Shown here: piece by piece, positions 56,590 through 64,000 of the stretch | Layout: each line of letters opens with the position of its first letter | Position numbering within the stretch: the first letter of the stretch is position 1 | Assembly: GCA_902617045.1 (NCBI GenBank) | Contig: CACMVA010000001.1 | Location: 59,519 to 123,518 of the forward strand | DNA: 64,000 bases | Reading direction: 5' to 3' | Origin: an uncultured SAR86 cluster bacterium | GTDB lineage: Bacteria; Pseudomonadota; Gammaproteobacteria; Magnimaribacterales; D2472 | The notes under the pieces: model-generated | What the model was told of the DNA's origin: nothing | The model's database searches: none | Seen by the model: the letters and a program-made list of their open reading frames with translations, nothing else | Program-made: the position numbers and the translations under genes

Positions 56590-58768
56590 TATGTTTATAA
56601 AAAATCTTAAATTAATATTTTTTACTGCCTTAACACTAGAAATTGTCGGTTCTGAATTGAATCAAGATCCTCAAATAATTCAACCAGGCGCACCAGGTAA
56701 TCCGTCAAAAGTAATTGATGCAAAAGAAGCAACAGATATTGCTAATACTTCATATATAAAAGCTGATGTTGATTTTCTACAAGGAATGATTATTCATCAT
56801 GAACAAGCTATTGTGATGTCAGAAATGGCAGATGAAAGAACAAATAATAAATCTATTTTAGATCTTGCAAAAAGAATTGATGCATCTCAAAAAGATGAGA
56901 TTAACTTTATGGAATCTTGGTTAAAAGATAGAGATGAATTTAAAAAAGTAGTAGATGAACATCATCATAATAATCACGATCACAACATGCATAACCATAT
57001 AGATATGGTTGGGATGGCTACTCCTAAACAACTTGACGATTTAAGCAGTTCTGATAGTACTAGTTTTGATAGGTTATTCCTTAAATTAATGATAAATCAT
57101 CACGATGGTGCACTAGAAATGGTTGAGGAGCTAAAAAAATATCCAGGAAATACCTATGATCCAATATTAAATGAATTTGTTTCAGATTTAATTAATGATC
57201 AAGGTGTTGAAATTGAAAGGATGAACACCCTACTAACTAGTTTATCTGATGATCCTAGGGCCGGTTTGGCTGGAGGACTATTCATTGCCGAAGAAGCTAT
57301 TTTGAATATGGAGCTAGTAACATCATTAAAAAAACCAACTGGTTTTTTTGATCCTGAAAATCCTGCTGAAAAAGGCTCGGAGGATTTAACTGAGGATAAT
57401 GAAGATAAAACTACTGCTGAAATTTCTAGATCTTTAAGATCACCAATGTTGTCTTTTGCAAATACTGATATGGCTTTTAAAGATAATGTTCTTGTTGCTG
57501 GAAGTTATCATGGATTTAATATCTATAAGCTAGGGAATGATGGCATTCCAAGTCTAATTTCATCAGTTGTATGTCCTGGTGGTCAAGGAGATGTTTCAAT
57601 TGTTGGAAATCTTTTGATCATGTCTGTAGAAGAAAATAGAAGCAGAATAGATTGTGGACTTGAGGGTGTAAATAGTGATTCAAGTCCTGAAAGGTTTAGA
57701 GGTATTAGAATCTTTGATATATCTAATTTATATAAACCAAAACAAGTTGGAGCTGTTCAAACCTGCAGAGGATCACACACGCACTCTGTCGTATCTAGTG
57801 ATAGAAAAAAAATCATAGTATATAACTCTGGAACTGGAAGAGTAAGAGATACGGAAGAAAAAGAAGATTGTTTCGGCTGGGATGGTGGAGGCTCTTCCTA
57901 TTTTTCGATTGATATAATTGAAATACCAATTGAAAACCCCTCGAGATCTAAAATTGTTAAAAGCCCGAGAGTTTTTATGGACCTGGAAACTGGAAATGTT
58001 GCAGGATTATGGCGAGGTGGTGACCATGGTGATGATACCCAAGATACAAACTCAACCAATCAATGTCATGATATTACGGTTTACCCATCTGCAAATATTG
58101 CTGCTGGTGCTTGTTCTGGCAATGGCATCTTATTTGATATAACTGATCCCTATAACCCTGAAAGACTTGATGTTGTAACAGATATTGGTTTTGCTTATTG
58201 GCATTCTGCAACGTTTAATAATGATGGAACAAAAGTAATTTTTACTGATGAGTGGGGTGGCGGTGGTCGAGCAAGATGTCGTGCATGGGATCCTTTAGAC
58301 TGGGGAGCAGACGCTATTTATGATATTGTTGATAATAAATTGGTTTTCAAAAGTCATTACAAAATGCCAGCACCTCAGCTAGAAACTGAAAACTGCGTTG
58401 CTCATAACGGATCAATTATTCCAATACCTAATAGAGATATATTTGTCCAAGCATGGTATCAAGGTGGTATTTCTATAATGGATTTTACCGACTCTTCTGA
58501 ACCTAAAGAAATTGCTTATTTTGATAGAGGTCCTATCCTTGAGGATATATTGATTACTGGGGGGTATTGGTCAACATATTATTACGATGGCTTTATCTAC
58601 GGCACTGAAATAACTAGAGGTCTTGATGTTTTCAGATTAACTCCAAGTGAACATATTAGTGAAAAAGAAATAGAGGCTGCTTCAAAAGCATTCCCAGCAG
58701 TTGGCGATAGTGTATTCAATCCTCAACAACAATTCCCAATGGCTTGGCCTGCAACTTTTTTAGAATAA
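56573..58768 (+). CDS. Secreted fusion protein: two DUF305 repeats + His-rich linker + LVIVD-repeat beta-propeller
   Basis: Signal-peptide-like MFIKNLKLIFFTALTLEIVGS. DUF305 motifs FLQGMIIHHEQAIVMSEMA and FLKLMINHHDGALEMVEEL flank HHHNNHDHNMHNH. The C-terminal 450 aa or so has LVIVD-like strands (NVLVAGSYHGFNIY, GDVSIVGNLLIMSVE). Confidence 0.7.
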   Translation: MKKSNNMFIKNLKLIFFTALTLEIVGSELNQDPQIIQPGAPGNPSKVIDAKEATDIANTSYIKADVDFLQGMIIHHEQAIVMSEMADERTNNKSILDLAKRIDASQKDEINFMESWLKDRDEFKKVVDEHHHNNHDHNMHNHIDMVGMATPKQLDDLSSSDSTSFDRLFLKLMINHHDGALEMVEELKKYPGNTYDPILNEFVSDLINDQGVEIERMNTLLTSLSDDPRAGLAGGLFIAEEAILNMELVTSLKKPTGFFDPENPAEKGSEDLTEDNEDKTTAEISRSLRSPMLSFANTDMAFKDNVLVAGSYHGFNIYKLGNDGIPSLISSVVCPGGQGDVSIVGNLLIMSVEENRSRIDCGLEGVNSDSSPERFRGIRIFDISNLYKPKQVGAVQTCRGSHTHSVVSSDRKKIIVYNSGTGRVRDTEEKEDCFGWDGGGSSYFSIDIIEIPIENPSRSKIVKSPRVFMDLETGNVAGLWRGGDHGDDTQDTNSTNQCHDITVYPSANIAAGACSGNGILFDITDPYNPERLDVVTDIGFAYWHSATFNNDGTKVIFTDEWGGGGRARCRAWDPLDWGADAIYDIVDNKLVFKSHYKMPAPQLETENCVAHNGSIIPIPNRDIFVQAWYQGGISIMDFTDSSEPKEIAYFDRGPILEDILITGGYWSTYYYDGFIYGTEITRGLDVFRLTPSEHISEKEIEAASKAFPAVGDSVFNPQQQFPMAWPATFLE

Positions 58769-58778
58769 AGTTTAAAAA

Positions 58779-59591
58779 ATGTTTGTTGCTATTGATTTTG
58801 GAATAACAAACACAGATGTAGTAGTTAATCAAAATGGTGACGATATATTCTATTCATTTCTATCTAGATCAATAACAACTGATTTTATTGATTATATCTT
58901 TGAGGAGATTAATTTAGATCTTGTTAATTTGCGCAAAATTGGAGTAACTGGTGGTAAATCTAGTAATTTAAGTAACACATATAAAGATATTCCCATCATT
59001 AAGATTAATGAAGTAGATGCAATAGGCCTTGGTGCGATCGCTTTATATGATATTTCTGAAGAGTCTTTTGTGGCTGTAAGTGCTGGAACTGGGACTGCAT
59101 GTGTTCATCATAATAATGGTAAATTTAACCACTTGGGAGGAATATCAGTTGGAGGTGGGACATTACAGGGTTTATCAAAATATTTAATAAGTACTGAAAA
59201 TGCAAAAGATATAGAGGAAATGGCTAAAAAAGGAGATAGAAAAGAGTTAGATTTTTTGATTGGAGATGTGGTAAATGAAATTGGATCTTTATATCCAGAA
59301 ATCACTGCCTCAAATTTTGGCAAAGCAAAAAATAATAAAAATAATTCCAAAGAAGATGCTGCTGCATCTCTTTCAAATATGATTGGGGAAGTTATTGGAA
59401 CAATATCTTATCTTAATGCTCTTTTGTGTAATGAAAATAAGGTTTATTTCTTGGGAAGAACATCTTTAAATAAAGTTATTAAAACTGGTATTGAAGATAG
59501 GTTAAAACTTGCTAATATTAGTGGTGTATTTAAAGAAAATAGAGAATATGGTAATGTACTTGGTGCTTTAAGATCTATTCAATCAGATTAA
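58779..59591 (+). CDS. Type II pantothenate kinase-like ASKHA ATPase (Staphylococcus CoaA / Fumble type)
   Basis: IDFGITNTD, GVTGGKS, VSAGTGTACV, LGGISVGGGTLQGLSKYL, KGDRKELDFLIGDV and ITASNFGK track S. aureus type II PanK (from memory) block by block. Confidence 0.65.
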   Translation: MFVAIDFGITNTDVVVNQNGDDIFYSFLSRSITTDFIDYIFEEINLDLVNLRKIGVTGGKSSNLSNTYKDIPIIKINEVDAIGLGAIALYDISEESFVAVSAGTGTACVHHNNGKFNHLGGISVGGGTLQGLSKYLISTENAKDIEEMAKKGDRKELDFLIGDVVNEIGSLYPEITASNFGKAKNNKNNSKEDAAASLSNMIGEVIGTISYLNALLCNENKVYFLGRTSLNKVIKTGIEDRLKLANISGVFKENREYGNVLGALRSIQSD

Positions 59592-59608
59592 AAAAATTTT
59601 TATAGAAA

Positions 59609-60859
59609 ATGGAAGTATTAACAGATAAATCAATAATTATTACGCTAGCTGTTCCAGCTTTCTTTGTATTAATAATAATAGAGTATTTTTACGGTTTATT
59701 TATTGGCAAAAATACATATCGTTTGAATGATACATTGACAAGTATTTCTTTAGGAATGATAAGTAGATTTCCTGTTATGCTAAATTTTGGAGTTCAGAGT
59801 GCAATATTTATATATATTAGTAAATATCTTAACCTGGGACTTTTATCTGTTAAGAATCCTTTTACCTGGATAGCTGCCTTTCTTTTGTATGATTTGTCAT
59901 ATTACTGGATGCATAGAATGCATCATGAAGTAAAGATTTTATGGGCTACTCATAGCGTTCATCATCATGGAGAAGATTACAATTTAGCAACTGCCTTGAG
60001 GCAAACTAGCACAGGGTGGCTATGGAAATGGATCTTCTATACACCAATGATGCTAATTGGAGTCCCTGGTGAAGTATTCGTAACTGTAGCAGGTATTAAT
60101 TTAGTTTATCAATTTTGGGTTCACACAGAACACATAGGGCATCTAGGTTTTCTTGAAAAAATATTTATCACGCCAATGAATCATCGCATTCATCATGCAA
60201 AAAATAAAGAATACATAGATGCAAATTATGGAGGTGTTTTCATAATTTGGGATAGGATGTTTGGGACTTATACTCCACAAAGAGATGAACTCGATCCTGT
60301 TTATGGGACTGCAACACCATTGAATAGTTGGAACCCTATTTGGGCTAATTTCCAAGTTTTTTCAATAATGGTAAAAGACACTATCAAAACTAAGTTATGG
60401 AAAGATAAGATTAAAGTATGGTTTGCAGAAACATATTGGAGACCTGAGGATTGTATTGAAGAAAAAGATCCAAAAGACTTTTACAAAAAATTTAATCCAA
60501 CAATAGGTACTGACATTAAAATTTTTAGTGTCACACAAATATTATTTACAACTACAGTATTCAATCTTGTTTTTATAAATGCGCCTTTACTATCGTACTT
60601 TGAAATTTGTTTATTTGGAGTATCCTTAGTTACTCTAGCATCTTTAACTGGATATTTGATGCATGGAAAGAGAATTGCCTATCAGCTTATTTTGTTATTT
60701 TCGATACTAAGCATTCTAATAATATTTACATACGATCCAATAAACATGAGCTTAATTTCTTCAAAATTACTTTTAGCTCAGTTTAGTTGTAATGTTATAA
60801 CAGTAACTGGAATACTTTTTTTCCAGTCACTGTTAAATTTGAGAACTCTAAAGACTTAA
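59609..60859 (+). CDS. Fatty acid hydroxylase / sterol desaturase family membrane diiron enzyme, alkylglycerol monooxygenase-like
   Basis: His boxes YYWMHRMHHEV, HSVHHHGEDYNLATALRQ and NHRIHHAKN, plus an extra C-terminal multi-TM region. Confidence 0.78.
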   Translation: MEVLTDKSIIITLAVPAFFVLIIIEYFYGLFIGKNTYRLNDTLTSISLGMISRFPVMLNFGVQSAIFIYISKYLNLGLLSVKNPFTWIAAFLLYDLSYYWMHRMHHEVKILWATHSVHHHGEDYNLATALRQTSTGWLWKWIFYTPMMLIGVPGEVFVTVAGINLVYQFWVHTEHIGHLGFLEKIFITPMNHRIHHAKNKEYIDANYGGVFIIWDRMFGTYTPQRDELDPVYGTATPLNSWNPIWANFQVFSIMVKDTIKTKLWKDKIKVWFAETYWRPEDCIEEKDPKDFYKKFNPTIGTDIKIFSVTQILFTTTVFNLVFINAPLLSYFEICLFGVSLVTLASLTGYLMHGKRIAYQLILLFSILSILIIFTYDPINMSLISSKLLLAQFSCNVITVTGILFFQSLLNLRTLKT

Positions 60860-60860
60860 A

Positions 60861-63002
<2,142 letters not shown>

Positions 63003-63100
63003 CTAATAATCTCCTTATTTAAAAATGTGCAAAAAGAAAGTTTCTAATAATAAATATACTATAAAAAAATTAAAAAAAAAGTACTAAAAGTATATAAAAA

Positions 63101-63176
63101 TGGTGGAGCTACGCGGGATCGAACCGCGGACCCCCTGCTTGCAAAGCAGGTGCTCTCCCAGCTGAGCTATAGCCCC
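63101..63176 (-). tRNA. tRNA-Ala (anticodon UGC), CCA encoded
   Basis: The reverse complement GGGGCTATAGCTCAGCTGGGAGAGCACCTGCTTTGCAAGCAGGGGGTCCGCGGTTCGATCCCGCGTAGCTCCACCA folds as a cloverleaf. It has the G3:U70 identity pair and an anticodon loop TTTGCAA. Confidence 0.95.
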
Positions 63177-63222
63177 ACATTAGGTTGCAATATTGTACTT
63201 TAAAGAATATTTTTTTGTATAT

Positions 63223-63771
63223 TTAATATAAATTCTTTTTATTATTGATTGGAGCCAATTTAGATGACTTCAATTGCTCAGGGTTTGGATTTTTACTGCT
63301 TCTGCCTGAGGCACTGGCAACGACATTTTCTTTATAAATATTAAAAACCTCAAACAGTAAATAAAACCAAAACCCATTAACCACAGGTTCAACAATTGCA
63401 TCTATAGCGGCTAGGTTCAAAGGCGCACCAGTTAGCAGCCTGTTGCATGTCATTGCAATTAATATATGACCTATCGTATATATTACTGCAAGATAAATTC
63501 CAACATTATGAGAACTAAAAATTTTTGTTGGCATATTATCTAATCTTTTTGTAATGTGATTCTTTAAAACTACAAGAAGAAAATAAAACCAAAATCCATT
63601 AATAATAGGCTCTATAAATGCATCTGCAGCAGCCATATCTAATGTAGCTCCAGTAATGATTCTGTTGCATGTCATGGCTATTAAAATATGGCCAATGGTA
63701 TATATGACAGCAAGAACTAAGTTGTCATACTTAAAAACTTTAACGTCGTCATACTTTAAATAATTTTTCAT
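63223..63771 (-). CDS. Membrane protein with two tandem DUF2061-like domains
   Basis: 182 aa. The internal duplication has an offset of 74 aa, and AVIYTIGHILIAMTCNR occurs twice. The ...TG..L..AA.DA..EP..NGFWFY pattern resembles DUF2061. Confidence 0.55.
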   Translation of the reverse strand: MKNYLKYDDVKVFKYDNLVLAVIYTIGHILIAMTCNRIITGATLDMAAADAFIEPIINGFWFYFLLVVLKNHITKRLDNMPTKIFSSHNVGIYLAVIYTIGHILIAMTCNRLLTGAPLNLAAIDAIVEPVVNGFWFYLLFEVFNIYKENVVASASGRSSKNPNPEQLKSSKLAPINNKKNLY

Positions 63772-63787
63772 ATTGTTTATTCTACTT

Positions 63788-63820
63788 CAAAAAAAAGGGC
63801 AATTGAATTGCCCTTTCTTT
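63788..63820 (-). terminator. Rho-independent terminator (hairpin AAAGGGCAAT/ATTGCCCTTT), functional mainly on the minus strand
   Basis: The stem spans 63794-63803 / 63807-63816 with a 3-nt loop. On the minus strand it is followed by TTTTTTGAAG. It lies 45 nt downstream of the stop of the partial gene at the right edge. Confidence 0.55.
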
Positions 63821-63861
63821 ATTTTTAGGGTGTACTGTATAGCACCCCTCTCCCAAGAAGT

Positions 63862-64000
63862 TTAGAAAGTCTTTCTTATAGAGAACCTAACATTTAAGGG
63901 TTCACCGACTGAAGCCTGATGTGTACTATGAGAGTGAGGAAAATATAAAGTATCATTTAAATTCTCAATATTCATTTGCACACTTAGGTCATCAGCAATC
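63862..64000 (-). CDS. C-terminal fragment of an outer-membrane beta-barrel, probably a TonB-dependent receptor (continues past right edge)
   Basis: Own translation: ...IADDLSVQMNIENLNDTLYFPHSHSTHQASVGEPLNVRFSIRKTF*. The terminal aromatic Phe and alternating pattern (G.P.NVRFS.R..F) are typical of a TBDR C-terminal strand. Confidence 0.35.
   Translation of the reverse strand, partial: IADDLSVQMNIENLNDTLYFPHSHSTHQASVGEPLNVRFSIRKTF

Noticed and set aside
56950-57000. CAT/CAC/AAT-rich tract as a slippage-prone microsatellite or phase-variation site.
   Set aside because: It is not a perfect short tandem repeat. It encodes an in-frame His/Asn-rich metal-binding-type linker (HHHNNHDHNMHNH) within the DUF305 region.
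63101-63176. tRNA-Ala(UGC) as part of a 16S-23S rRNA spacer.
   Set aside because: There is no rRNA-like sequence on either side. katG lies to the left and a membrane-protein gene to the right, so this is a stand-alone tRNA gene.

Overview
This is a very AT-rich (about 30% GC by eye), densely packed chromosomal segment. It carries about 62 protein-coding genes and one tRNA. I saw no rRNA, CRISPR array, IS element or intact prophage.

Several gene-order blocks are typical of Gammaproteobacteria: pntAA-pntAB-pntB; ubiG-HAD-yciK; scpAB-rluB; xseB-ispA-dxs; glyA-nrdR-ribD-ribB-ribH-nusB; miaA-hflK-hflC-purA; and mrcA / aroK-aroB-gltB-gltD-hemE. These blocks are trimmed and rearranged in a way that suggests a streamlined marine lineage. 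A SAR86-like organism is only a guess.

Signs of trimming and rearrangement:
- hfq-hflX, ribE, pilMNOPQ and mutL are missing from their usual slots.
- All eight convergent gene junctions overlap or are no more than 3 nt apart.
- gltB alone is inverted.

Most noteworthy observations:
1. An orphan phage-type replication pair (a tandem DnaT-like-domain protein plus a lambda-P-like protein) sits among housekeeping genes.
2. GltD carries an in-frame N-terminal extension of about 81 aa that looks like a tyrosine-integrase arm-type DNA-binding domain. It lies at the junction with the inverted gltB.
3. An orphan cobS-cobT (MoxR AAA+ / vWA) pair has no other cobalamin genes nearby and is followed by a soluble diiron-carboxylate protein.
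4. A mosaic accessory block abuts tRNA-Ala(UGC). It contains a BaxI_1-type membrane protein, a DUF305x2-His-rich-LVIVD fusion protein, a Staphylococcus-type pantothenate kinase II, an AGMO-like fatty-acid hydroxylase and katG.
5. A GT4 / methyltransferase / alpha-alpha-toroid / methyltransferase cassette lies next to waaA-lpxL.
6. The miaA P-loop is encoded upstream of any canonical start codon.
7. A Phe/Tyr-rich 22-codon mini-ORF lies upstream of the DAHP synthase gene.

All functional calls rest on by-eye motif and family recognition. No searches were run.
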